From a virus (taxonomy: Duplodnaviria > Caudoviricetes), in the IMG/VR virus record IMGVR_UViG_3300025018_000145, positions 7,908 through 71,907 of that record: 64,000 nucleotides of DNA. One strand, given 5' to 3'. Both the position numbers and the translations under genes were made by a program. The notes beneath the pieces were generated by a model, which was given only the letters and a program-made list of their open reading frames with translations, did not search any database and was not told the DNA's origin. This document shows positions 8,447 to 17,842 of the stretch, piece after piece. How positions within the stretch are numbered: the first letter of the stretch is position 1; each line of letters starts with the position of its first letter.

Positions 8447-9449
8447 TACGTATACACTCAACGATGAATTGTTTATTTGGGTGATACTTATAAACTCGAA
8501 GCAATTCCGCGCGAACAAAGGCATTTAACTGATTCATATCCAATTCATTATATTGTATCATATATCCACGTATTCTGTTAATCGTTTTTAACCTATAACG
8601 CTGTAGATGTAACGAAGCAATAAATTTTGCGATATCCAGTTCAGTACACCCAAATACGTCTGGTATTGGATCAATTAAAAACAGTCTCATATCTGATGTG
8701 AATAGCATATTCATGACACTAAAATCGCCATGCGCGAATGATGGTGTTAGGTTATACTTTAATAAGTCAGTATATATCGATTCAAACTCGATGTTCCGTG
8801 ATAATTTATAATGATCATGAATTCGATTTATGTATGTATCATATGTAGCAGTATTCATCGGCATCAATTGCTTCATATGTACTAGAGATTCCTGAATCAA
8901 ACCCAATGCAATAGGTTCACGTATATACAATGTATGTGTGTTATGATGTATGTAATCCATTACGATTGTATCACCAATCACGCTATTAACATTAGGAACA
9001 TTTAACCAGTCGCGACTATATTCGTACCACGAACGTACGATATGCGCCCGAGGGTCTTGTTTATATACGAGAGTTCCGTCTGTATAGATATCAGACCCAG
9101 ACAAACCACCTTCAAGTTCATTAAAAGTAGTTTCGATAAACTCGTCTGGTCTTAGCGCTTTATCATCAACATAATATGTCGCAAGTGGTTTTTCAAACGA
9201 AAGTGTATGATATAGAACATCATGTTTCTTAAGCCACGATTCAATACTATCTCGATATTTAAGAGATGCTTCTTCACGTGTCTTACATGATATCGACCCG
9301 CGCGCAGTATAGATATCGATTTGCCACTTCCCACTATTGTACATTTCATTGATTTTGGTGATTAGTTGCGTGTTTGGTTCGGCATTATCCCAATCACGAT
9401 CGCGCGTAAATGCAATGGTGTCATCGAAATCAAATATCACTCGTCTCAT
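8436..9449 (-). CDS. HAD phosphatase (EcbF/BcbF-like) fused to APH/choline-kinase-like domain
   Basis: N-terminal DFDDT, YTAR, KP and YVDDKA HAD motifs. C-terminal GGLSGS loop, HGDFSVMN (Brenner motif) and LIDP. Confidence 0.85.
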   Translation of the reverse strand: MRRVIFDFDDTIAFTRDRDWDNAEPNTQLITKINEMYNSGKWQIDIYTARGSISCKTREEASLKYRDSIESWLKKHDVLYHTLSFEKPLATYYVDDKALRPDEFIETTFNELEGGLSGSDIYTDGTLVYKQDPRAHIVRSWYEYSRDWLNVPNVNSVIGDTIVMDYIHHNTHTLYIREPIALGLIQESLVHMKQLMPMNTATYDTYINRIHDHYKLSRNIEFESIYTDLLKYNLTPSFAHGDFSVMNMLFTSDMRLFLIDPIPDVFGCTELDIAKFIASLHLQRYRLKTINRIRGYMIQYNELDMNQLNAFVRAELLRVYKYHPNKQFIVECIRNVS

Positions 9450-9450
9450 A

Positions 9451-10218
9451 TTATTTAATACCATATTGACTATTTGGGTATAGTTGATTATATTCTTTTT
9501 TGGTGATTGTTGTCAACCCAGTTTTGCGATAATGGTCAACTAGATAGAATTGCGAAGGATAAACATGAAGATTCATAACTTGCCAGTGAATATCACCAAC
9601 TAACGATTCAGGCATCTCTGGAATTGATATACCATGATATATCAATTCCGCAGCTAATCGTTTTTGTACATGTAATTGCCAAGCATAATCATTTCGATAG
9701 CCAGCCCAACAATCATTGCTTCTCATTTGAACGACACAATCCAATCTACCGTCATTAATATAATATGAAACAGCATTTGTGCAAATGAAATCATTCTTGC
9801 CATTTTCATAATACTCAATCCAAATGCTCGGGCGAGTATAAATCATTTGTGCTCTACGCGAACTCGGATTATTAACGAGTTCGCGAACTACCTGATTGAA
9901 CTGACAATATGAACGATCACCGTAAATCAAATAACCATAATTTGAGTTTATTTCGCCGTGTTCATTTGCAGTGTTAATCCACGCCTTCGGTATTATCTCC
10001 ACAGGAAGATCATAAATATTCGTAGATTGCATATTGTACCATGCAATCTCGCTATCTATATATGCGCGATTTACTTCACCGAAAATATGATCGTCGTCTG
10101 CTAAAAACGAAGCGGCGAGAATCACTAAGTTAGTATCTGCAGGTGAACCGTTCTTCTCAAAGTCATTTAATAATGTAACAAATCGTCCGCGAATATCTTG
10201 TACATTTAAATATGTCAT
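9451..10218 (-). CDS. gp42: dCMP hydroxymethylase (T4 gp42 homologue, thymidylate synthase fold)
   Basis: GEINSNYG, SRRAQMIYTRPS, catalytic DFICTN, MRSND..GYRNDYAWQ (cytosine-specifying Asp) and LHVY..FYLVDH are near-identical to T4 gp42 motifs. Confidence 0.93.
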   Translation of the reverse strand: MTYLNVQDIRGRFVTLLNDFEKNGSPADTNLVILAASFLADDDHIFGEVNRAYIDSEIAWYNMQSTNIYDLPVEIIPKAWINTANEHGEINSNYGYLIYGDRSYCQFNQVVRELVNNPSSRRAQMIYTRPSIWIEYYENGKNDFICTNAVSYYINDGRLDCVVQMRSNDCWAGYRNDYAWQLHVQKRLAAELIYHGISIPEMPESLVGDIHWQVMNLHVYPSQFYLVDHYRKTGLTTITKKEYNQLYPNSQYGIK

Positions 10219-10310
10219 ATTATAGTCTCATCTTGTAAAAGATTCAAAAAATATCCAAAATGAACCCATCAACCTTTTCTTTAGGGAAATCCACAGTTTC
10301 GTTAAAAGAC

Positions 10311-10673
10311 TCAGCGAGTGGATGTAGATTTCAAATCTCGTTCGCAGTTGAAGATATCACGAGATGAATCCTGGCCATCCATTTCACCACGTGAATATGC
10401 AACGAAGAAAGACAGATAATTGATTGCATCTTTCGCGGAATCTTCAATCGATTCGAAGTTCGGTGAATCGCATCCATTTTTAACTGCATCCAATAAAGAA
10501 TAGATACGAATCAATTTCTGATATGCCATGTCGATAATTGTAGAACAACCACGCGGATAGTGATCAGCCTGTTTAATACGTGACTGACTATTTTGATAAT
10601 CTGCGCCTTTCTTTTCCTGAATTTCGGCGCATTCCTTTAAAACTCTAATTGAACATTTATCAGTATTCATCAT
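10311..10673 (-). CDS. nucleotide-modification-associated all-alpha protein (DUF1599/Nmad1-like, MazG-related)
   Basis: KKGADY...EDSAKDAINY pattern; located within the modification cluster. Confidence 0.55.
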   Translation of the reverse strand: MMNTDKCSIRVLKECAEIQEKKGADYQNSQSRIKQADHYPRGCSTIIDMAYQKLIRIYSLLDAVKNGCDSPNFESIEDSAKDAINYLSFFVAYSRGEMDGQDSSRDIFNCERDLKSTSTR

Positions 10674-11103
10674 TATACTCTGAACGAATCATTATGTTTG
10701 GTAATATATCACCGTGATTATCCCTATGGTCGGGACCAATCCAACCGCTTGGCTTAATTAAATCTGGCAGACCTAATGCATTTGGTCGTGTTGATTTAAT
10801 ACCAACCTCTTTACTTAAATTTGCGGCCAATACTTGCTTCCACGCTGTATCTGGATTAACATTAAACACGTCGAGAGTACCAATTGCGATAACACACAAG
10901 TCAATTAATCCATCAATAAGTTCTTCGACGTCGTTATCTCTATATGCATTCATAGTTTCGTTGTATTCTTCTGTGAGAAAATTCATACGAAATCTAAGAA
11001 ACGCATCCATCTTTTTACGGTCGTTACGATTCTTATTGACCCAATCATGAACACCATATTTATGATGCATTCGATTTATGTCTTCGCACCAGCAATTTGT
11101 CAT
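10660..11103 (-). CDS. MazG/PRA-PH-like NTP pyrophosphatase (probable dCTPase/dUTPase)
   Basis: EEYNE...ELIDGLIDL acidic motifs, plus ANLSK and DLIKP..W. Confidence 0.8.
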   Translation of the reverse strand: MTNCWCEDINRMHHKYGVHDWVNKNRNDRKKMDAFLRFRMNFLTEEYNETMNAYRDNDVEELIDGLIDLCVIAIGTLDVFNVNPDTAWKQVLAANLSKEVGIKSTRPNALGLPDLIKPSGWIGPDHRDNHGDILPNIMIRSEYNDEY

Positions 11104-11600
11104 AGACTCACCTTTCTCCGTTTACGATTAACGATGTCTTTCTGTTTCTTTGCACGATTTAGATGAATACGCAAAGCCTTATCTGTAAAATGTATACCTT
11201 GGAGATGATCATATTCATGTTGAAATATTCGTGCAGATACGCCATTAAATACGCGTGTAATGGTTTCACCGTCTACATCCTGATAACGCACGCGTATTGT
11301 ACTCGATCTTTTAATTTTAACAAATAGCAACGGATATGTCAAACAACCTTCTTCCATATATACCATATCGTCGGATGCTGTCGTTATAATCGGATTGAAG
11401 CATGTAATCACATCATCTATTCCCATGACAAATACTCGATGATTTAATCTGATTTGATTTGCAGATAACCCAACACCGTTGTTTTCTTTCATACATTTAA
11501 TTAGCGTATTGGATATATCGCGCGCATTTAATGATGTGTCACTAAAGTCAAATTCAGGTAAAACCGTACTAAGTAATTCGTGATGATGTGAAACTAACAC
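11100..11600 (-). CDS. def: peptide deformylase
   Basis: GVGLSANQ, EGCLT and QHEYDHLQG motifs. Confidence 0.97.
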   Translation of the reverse strand: MLVSHHHELLSTVLPEFDFSDTSLNARDISNTLIKCMKENNGVGLSANQIRLNHRVFVMGIDDVITCFNPIITTASDDMVYMEEGCLTYPLLFVKIKRSSTIRVRYQDVDGETITRVFNGVSARIFQHEYDHLQGIHFTDKALRIHLNRAKKQKDIVNRKRRKVSL

Positions 11601-11821
11601 GTTTCAACTTCCACAATCTGATATAGATCAATTGAAGCTTCACCACGAATCTCATTCATCTTACTCTCAGCCGTCAATTTGTCATTAAATAGTGCTGTGA
11701 TCACTTTCGGACGAACTCCAATTGTCTTCCCGTTTCGATCACGCGCAACTAACTGATCGACATCAAGTACATCATACCACTGATCACTATCTTCTCTTAA
11801 CCGCTTTTGAATCTTGAACAT
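11594..11821 (-). CDS. hypothetical protein
   Basis: Coupled ORF between gp46 and def, with a GGAG SD before MFKIQ. Confidence 0.6.
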   Translation of the reverse strand: MFKIQKRLREDSDQWYDVLDVDQLVARDRNGKTIGVRPKVITALFNDKLTAESKMNEIRGEASIDLYQIVEVETC

Positions 11822-11834
11822 AATATTTTCTCTC

Positions 11835-13544
11835 CTATGTCGTCGCAATTCTTGAGAAGTTTTTCACCTTCTCAAATTTGATATTACTATGAAACTTATC
11901 GTACAGTGAATCACCTTTATGACTAATGATAAACACGTTTGTTTCTTTAGTTAAGTTGGTAATCATTTTTAGAAACTCGTCAGTTCCATTCGTATCAAGA
12001 GAACTATCAAATACTTCATCGAGAACTAATAGATTCGTCGATACCGAATTGCGTAGTTTCGAGATGGCCCTCCAAGTGAAAAGCAAACTCAGATCGATTC
12101 TCATCTTTTCACCTTCACTAAATGAGTCATAACAGAAAACATCGCGAAATCTAGACTTGATCTTTTCGTTGAAATTTTCATCTAGTTCAAACTGAACGAA
12201 AAAGTCTAATGTAGCTAAGTACTTATTCATCATCTTATTGATAACTGGTATGTATTGGCGAATGATTCTTGACTTAATACCACTATCCCGCAATAAAGAA
12301 GATGCTAAATCAAATTCATCTTTGCTTACACTCAACTCCTCATGCTTGTTATCTAATCGTTTAATGTGCTTCTTCAGATCATTTAGAGTTTTCGTATGTT
12401 CAGATGTGTTCTCAACACTACGCTGCATAGGCGTTGACAATTCGTCGATATTACTATTATAGTTTCGAATGCTTGATTGATATGATAATATCTGATTGTT
12501 TAACATCGCCTTTTTTTGCAATATGTCGTTTATCTCGTTCATACGATTTCGTGTATTATAATACTTTTCTTTAAGCTTAACGATACCTTCAGTTATTTCA
12601 TTTCTGTTTCGTTCTTTCTCTGCAATATTATTCAGCTTGAATTCGTCATCTATCATCTGATGGCATGTAGGACAGTGATCGTTGTTCATGAAGAACGAAA
12701 TTTCACTATGCAATGCCACTAATCTGTCGTTAATGCGTAAATGTAGGCTCTCGATGTTTTTAAGTTTATTATTAATATTGTCTCTGTCGCTAATAGAATT
12801 CGTTAGATCATCAATTTCGCTTTGTGCAAACTGAATTTTACTCTTTGCATCAGAAATAAGATGTTCATAGTTCATGATTCGATTTTTTCGATTATCATCA
12901 TCTTCACGCTGAATATTCACAATGTCGTCAATGTGCTTGCGTGTTAAATCTAGTTTCTGTTTATACAAATCGATTTGATATTTTGTTTCACGAATTTCGT
13001 CTCGACATTTATTCATACGCTCTTTAAGTAGATCGGCCATCTTCGAAAAAATTTCAATATCGAGAAGATCTTCAATGACACCTCTACGCTCATATGATTT
13101 AAGCTGCATGAAAGGTGTGAAGTTAGCAGAACCAATAACGACGATTTGAGTGAATGATTTATGATTCAACTTAAGAATATTCTTTTCTAAGTAATCTTGA
13201 TATTCACGAATGTTAGCAGATTGATCAATTAAAACGTTATCACAATAAATCTCAAACACACCCGGCTTAATACCACGACGAATCATATATTCCTTTCGAT
13301 TAATTGAAAATTCAATCTCAACTAAGCAATTCTTGTTCGTAATACTATTCACTAGCAATGGTTTGTTTATATTACGATATGCACGACCATATAATACGAA
13401 TGATATTGCATCAAGAAAAGTCGACTTTCCGCTGCCGTTCTCACCTACGATTAATGTAGACGGCGATCGATTTAAATAAATCTCAGTCCACTGATTTCCA
13501 GTTGATAAAAAATTCATCCAACGTATTGTCTTGAAATATAACAT
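11835..13544 (-). CDS. gp46: recombination endonuclease subunit gp46 (Rad50/SbcC-like)
   Basis: GENGSGKS, zinc-hook CPTC, FSEGE signature and LVLDEVFDSSLD. Confidence 0.97.
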   Translation of the reverse strand: MLYFKTIRWMNFLSTGNQWTEIYLNRSPSTLIVGENGSGKSTFLDAISFVLYGRAYRNINKPLLVNSITNKNCLVEIEFSINRKEYMIRRGIKPGVFEIYCDNVLIDQSANIREYQDYLEKNILKLNHKSFTQIVVIGSANFTPFMQLKSYERRGVIEDLLDIEIFSKMADLLKERMNKCRDEIRETKYQIDLYKQKLDLTRKHIDDIVNIQREDDDNRKNRIMNYEHLISDAKSKIQFAQSEIDDLTNSISDRDNINNKLKNIESLHLRINDRLVALHSEISFFMNNDHCPTCHQMIDDEFKLNNIAEKERNRNEITEGIVKLKEKYYNTRNRMNEINDILQKKAMLNNQILSYQSSIRNYNSNIDELSTPMQRSVENTSEHTKTLNDLKKHIKRLDNKHEELSVSKDEFDLASSLLRDSGIKSRIIRQYIPVINKMMNKYLATLDFFVQFELDENFNEKIKSRFRDVFCYDSFSEGEKMRIDLSLLFTWRAISKLRNSVSTNLLVLDEVFDSSLDTNGTDEFLKMITNLTKETNVFIISHKGDSLYDKFHSNIKFEKVKNFSRIATT

Positions 13545-14602
13545 TAGTCGTTACTCAACGCTTCATAATAGAGTTCTTGTAATACTGATTTAATGCGATC
13601 GCCCTTATCGATGTTCATATTATCTACATAATTTCGAATAATCGTAATCGTATCTTGCGCTTCATCGATGATATCTGAATCATCTTCCAAATTCAAATTT
13701 AAATTATCTTCAACTACCTGTAGATAGATAGGATCATATGAGTTAACGCGATCAACGAAACGATCAAATAAATATGGGTTTTCTTTATTCTTTACGATTA
13801 TTTTTACATATGAATTTTCAATCGCAGTATGAGACTGTCCCAATATCTGCGCCTCTGTATCACGCGCATCATCATAGACTATCTTATGAAACATTCTATA
13901 TGGATTTCGGTAATATGTTAACTGGCGCGTATGTGTGTCGTATATATGAAAACCGCGTTCGTCATCATAATCACTCCATGACATTTCATATGGAGAACCT
14001 AGATAATGAACATTGTCTTTTGTTGATTTATGATGAAAGTGACCACTGAAAACCTGATCGAATTTGGTAAATAGCGTATGAGAATATCCATGATCATTCA
14101 TCGCGCCTCTATACATCTCAAACCCATGAAACTCAAAATGACCCATGCAAACCTCTGCAGTGGTATTTGTGACAGTTTCCATAGTTTTTTCATAGTTGTC
14201 TTTTGTTATCCATGGAACGAGTAATACGCGCAAACCATCGAACTCAACTTCGGTGGCAGAATCATAGTTGTGAATATTGCTATAATGGGAAAACAATTCA
14301 CCCAGTGTATTTACACGATTCGTGTTCTTATAAAATGCAGTATGATTTCCAACGATAGTATGTAATGTATATCCTTCGTTCTCAATGCGATCGAAATAGA
14401 TTCTCTTCGCAGCATTCAGTGTATTGAAATTGATATACTTACGGCGATCAAATGTATCGCCTAAATCTAGAATGGTTTTAATATTTTCTCTTTCGAGAAT
14501 CGGAAAAAAATATTCGCTATAAAATTTTTCTAGATGATTGATCATTGAAACATGATCCCCGCGTACACCAAAATGCTGATCCGTTATAATCGCAACACGC
14601 AT
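13544..14602 (-). CDS. gp47: recombination endonuclease subunit gp47 (Mre11/SbcD-like)
   Basis: ITDQHFG, DLGDTFD, VGNH and SGHFH. Confidence 0.97.
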   Translation of the reverse strand: MRVAIITDQHFGVRGDHVSMINHLEKFYSEYFFPILERENIKTILDLGDTFDRRKYINFNTLNAAKRIYFDRIENEGYTLHTIVGNHTAFYKNTNRVNTLGELFSHYSNIHNYDSATEVEFDGLRVLLVPWITKDNYEKTMETVTNTTAEVCMGHFEFHGFEMYRGAMNDHGYSHTLFTKFDQVFSGHFHHKSTKDNVHYLGSPYEMSWSDYDDERGFHIYDTHTRQLTYYRNPYRMFHKIVYDDARDTEAQILGQSHTAIENSYVKIIVKNKENPYLFDRFVDRVNSYDPIYLQVVEDNLNLNLEDDSDIIDEAQDTITIIRNYVDNMNIDKGDRIKSVLQELYYEALSND

Positions 14603-14604
14603 AC

Positions 14605-15117
14605 TTATACCTCTTCATCAATAAACTTTTCTAACCCTTTCGGTTTCTTCTTTTTAGGTTTCTTATCATACTTCTCAAGTATTGGGCGCATCTTTTCGTT
14701 TGTTATGTCTATACTAGAAAACGCATCGTATTCTTCATTTAAGCTACTCTCAACGATGAAATTTTCGTACGCTTTATATTTGATGTAAGTCTGTTTTTTT
14801 TCCTTTTCAATTCTGCGTAGAAAAGAAAACCATATACACTTCGTAAAATACCCATACGGATTGTTCGATACATTGGGGTTAAAACAATGAACTGCGATAA
14901 TACAATTCTCAAGGCCGTCGAGAATCATCTCATCAATATATGTATATCCCGAAAAATTTGGTCTAGATGCAATACCTTTACATAACATGAAGAATTTCAT
15001 TGTAATCGAATCTGGTATCTTTGGTCGGGTTTCGCCATTATCATCAGCTACTGCACACTGGTTTTTGTATTCTACTAACTCATCATAGAATTCTTTCTTA
15101 TTGATATAATCAGCCAT
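14605..15117 (-). CDS. gp55: late-transcription sigma factor gp55
   Basis: YINKKEF, RPNFSGYTY.DEMI.DG.ENC and NPYGYFT. Confidence 0.95.
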   Translation of the reverse strand: MADYINKKEFYDELVEYKNQCAVADDNGETRPKIPDSITMKFFMLCKGIASRPNFSGYTYIDEMILDGLENCIIAVHCFNPNVSNNPYGYFTKCIWFSFLRRIEKEKKQTYIKYKAYENFIVESSLNEEYDAFSSIDITNEKMRPILEKYDKKPKKKKPKGLEKFIDEEV

Positions 15118-15533
15118 TAATGTAACCTCGGTATTACATGTTTTTTAATTTCAAATTCATCGTCTTCATCGAATTCTTCGTCTTCGTCAACTTCACGAAT
15201 GTTACAAGAATCGATCATTATGTTATCTGAATTAGAAATCGTCTCCATCAATTGCATATGTGTCTCTATTACTAGAGGATGAACATTCTTAAAGATATGA
15301 CTATATGTGTCATTATTAAACACAACAGAATGCGAAGACGTGAACGGACAGTATTTGTCATATGTCAATTTAATATTACCATCCAGACCACGCACGAAAT
15401 ACACATAGAGAGCGCCATTAATCGTAACGCTCTCTTCCGTTTTGCTTTCAATTACACCGATTACATGTCTACCATCGAGTAATTGCAAACATCTATATCG
15501 ATCCGCAATCTTTTTATTAATCGTTTCTGTCAT
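15117..15533 (-). CDS. conserved T4-like hypothetical protein (possible Sm-like fold, acidic tail)
   Basis: Position between uvsW and gp55; LQLLDGRHVIG beta-rich N-terminus. Confidence 0.6.
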   Translation of the reverse strand: MTETINKKIADRYRCLQLLDGRHVIGVIESKTEESVTINGALYVYFVRGLDGNIKLTYDKYCPFTSSHSVVFNNDTYSHIFKNVHPLVIETHMQLMETISNSDNIMIDSCNIREVDEDEEFDEDDEFEIKKHVIPRLH

Positions 15534-17008
15534 AGATTTACCTGATATAGTCTGTAGTTGAATTGTTCGCGATCATAAATATCGATACGCTGTATTAAAT
15601 GATCTAATGTATAGTTCATCTTACTAGTCATCTTCATCAATTCGTCGGCGATATCGTATAAGACAACAGAATCTTTTGTATCAGAAGTTCTTAGCCCGCG
15701 CCCGATCGATTGCAATACACGTATTTTCGATTTCGACGGCGAAGCTGCAATTAATGAATTGATGTTCTTAATGTTAACACCAGTTGAGAATACACCGTAA
15801 CTTGCAATAATGATTGCATTTGTTTCTTTCTCGACAATACCACGCACTACATCACGATCCGATCCCTTAACACCACCATGAATAAAGAAAACTTTTCGAT
15901 CTGCCGATACAGCATTCAATATTGAATTATACAACACTTTTCCATGTGTTTCAACCATTTGAAAAAGTAATAGTGTATTACCATTTAATGATAACGTTAA
16001 ATTTCGAATGAATTCGTTTCTCTTTTCATGTTGTATTAGATACTTGAGTTCATATTGATATGCTTTCTTCTTATCGTCTTTATACTGTTTCATCAAATCG
16101 CGGTATTCTGCTTTATCATTTTCGTTATGTCTCAACGTGATGATCTTAATTTTAAGATCAGCCACGTGCTTCGCATCCATCAATTCCTTCGTGGTGATCA
16201 CACGCCGAACTGGTCCGAACAAACCCTCGAGTACCCATTGATGTGTTAAACTGTCATCAAGTGTACCAGTAAAACCAAAACGATATTTACAGTTTTCGAG
16301 ATTCGTCATAATTGTCGTTAGCGATTTTGCTTTAAATAAATGCGCCTCATCACCAAATACAACATCAAACTGATCAAACCATTCCTTAGGTTGCTTGTAT
16401 ATTGATTGCCATGTTGTTATAACTACAGGGTTTTTACTACTCTTTGATTGTCCCGCGAATATCTTATGTACGAATCGTTCGGAATTAAACCCATATGATT
16501 CAAAGTCCGAATATAATTGGTGTACTAATGTAGTCGTTGGGACAATTATAAGCGTACGTTTCAAATACCATCTCATAATCATATACATGATAAAAGACTT
16601 ACCACTTGCGGTCGGTGATACGAATAGACCACGTGAATTACGAATTGCGTCGACGAATGCTTTAATCTGATAATCTCGTGGTTCGAGCGTTAAGCCCTGT
16701 TTACTCAAATAATCTTTTGCTTCATGTAATGATATAGATTCGCTTGCATTATTATATTCGAAACTTAACGTATATTTCCGGTCATTACAAAATTTCGTCA
16801 AATAATGGGATAACCCACAATATAGTTGAGATGTGTTAAGATTCAATAATCGTATTTTACCGTCCCACATACGATTCTTATAAGAAGGCATATACTTCGC
16901 ACCGGGCACTTCAAATGTAAAGAAATCCGATAGTTCACGTAATATACCGCGGTCTGTTACAATTTCATCGTATACTTCATTATGTTTTCTTACAATAACA
17001 TCACACAT
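15530..17008 (-). CDS. uvsW: UvsW SF2 helicase
   Basis: FFTFEVPGAKYMP, SPTASGKS, GDEAH, GFTGT and QSIGRGLR. Confidence 0.97.
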   Translation of the reverse strand: MCDVIVRKHNEVYDEIVTDRGILRELSDFFTFEVPGAKYMPSYKNRMWDGKIRLLNLNTSQLYCGLSHYLTKFCNDRKYTLSFEYNNASESISLHEAKDYLSKQGLTLEPRDYQIKAFVDAIRNSRGLFVSPTASGKSFIMYMIMRWYLKRTLIIVPTTTLVHQLYSDFESYGFNSERFVHKIFAGQSKSSKNPVVITTWQSIYKQPKEWFDQFDVVFGDEAHLFKAKSLTTIMTNLENCKYRFGFTGTLDDSLTHQWVLEGLFGPVRRVITTKELMDAKHVADLKIKIITLRHNENDKAEYRDLMKQYKDDKKKAYQYELKYLIQHEKRNEFIRNLTLSLNGNTLLLFQMVETHGKVLYNSILNAVSADRKVFFIHGGVKGSDRDVVRGIVEKETNAIIIASYGVFSTGVNIKNINSLIAASPSKSKIRVLQSIGRGLRTSDTKDSVVLYDIADELMKMTSKMNYTLDHLIQRIDIYDREQFNYRLYQVNL

Positions 17009-17034
17009 ATTATTTTATTTGTTTGACTGTACTA

Positions 17035-17280
17035 CTATTTAGTAGTAGTACAATCGGTTGTCTCCGCGAGCTGTCGTATCAACTCAACCGATTCATTAAG
17101 ACGACTGAGAGTAAGATCTTCAAATCCTTCATTACATGAAGTCATCGTATACTGACGCCCAGTGTTCGTCAATGTCATCATATAATATGAGGTGAATTCT
17201 TCATCGGAGTTAGAAACATAATCGGAAAGCGCATCGATTGCTTCGAGGATATCTTCTTTCGTTAATTTCTTATTTTTCAT
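17035..17280 (-). CDS. hypothetical protein
   Basis: ORF 17035..17292; GGAG SD favours the MKNKK start. Confidence 0.6.
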   Translation of the reverse strand: MKNKKLTKEDILEAIDALSDYVSNSDEEFTSYYMMTLTNTGRQYTMTSCNEGFEDLTLSRLNESVELIRQLAETTDCTTTK

Positions 17281-17351
17281 ATTCGTCTCCATTTATTGAA
17301 AAAAATCATATTATTCACCGGAGTTAGAAACGCGTCATCATTTACATATGA

Positions 17352-17792
17352 TTATACGCCTTGCTTTAACCTTTCATAATCTACTGCAGTTTTTAAATGA
17401 AAGCCACGATTATGTAATGTCTTGATAATCGATTCAAGTAAATTGATCTTTTCATATTGATAACCAATTCGTAAATTCATCTCAATAATGTCGTCGTCAG
17501 TATCAAGATATGATTGTATTTCCGATTTAATAATCTTCCCACGTGGCGGTAATTTCCATCCAGCCGCGATCTGTTCTTCAGTTGGTCCGTATGCATAAAA
17601 CTCGTATTTTTCATGCTTTATTTTCTTTAAATCAGTTTCCATTTTCAATGCAATGAGTCTTTCGTTTGAAAGAATACGATGATATTTGCTATGTAATAGC
17701 GCGAGTTGTAGAGCGTGGTCTGATAGTGTCGTCAAATCGACACGCGAATCAGTATCCCACTGTTCATGAATGTTTTCTAATTTCATTAACAT
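17352..17792 (-). CDS. uvsY: UvsY recombination mediator
   Basis: EQWDTDSRVD...LHSKY...YLDTDDD...RGFHLKTAVD; standard position upstream of uvsW. Confidence 0.9.
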   Translation of the reverse strand: MLMKLENIHEQWDTDSRVDLTTLSDHALQLALLHSKYHRILSNERLIALKMETDLKKIKHEKYEFYAYGPTEEQIAAGWKLPPRGKIIKSEIQSYLDTDDDIIEMNLRIGYQYEKINLLESIIKTLHNRGFHLKTAVDYERLKQGV

Positions 17793-17813
17793 GCATCCTA
17801 TACACTATAGTAT

Positions 17814-17842
17814 ATAGTACCATATTAAGTATGAAATGTCAA
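17814..17842 (-). promoter_or_regulatory. sigma70-type promoter for uvsY-uvsW
   Basis: TTGACA-17 bp-TACTAT, overlapping the gp3 stop codon. Confidence 0.75.

Noticed and set aside
10219-10247. TTGAAT-17-TATAAT promoter-like spacing before gp42
   Set aside because: The -10 box abuts the ATG, so the start site would fall inside the coding region, and no downstream Met could rescue it. Kept only as part of the shared 14-mer note.
10245-10325. Protein-like alternative frame (AESFNETVDFPKEKVDGFILDIF) after the Nmad1-like gene
   Set aside because: It has no start codon and no slippery site, and it is too short to distinguish from chance.
17200-17331. 18-bp near-direct repeat TTCAYCGGAGTTAGAAAC (17200-17217 and 17314-17331)
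   Set aside because: Only two copies, one inside a CDS. It is probably a small local duplication, not an array or att site.
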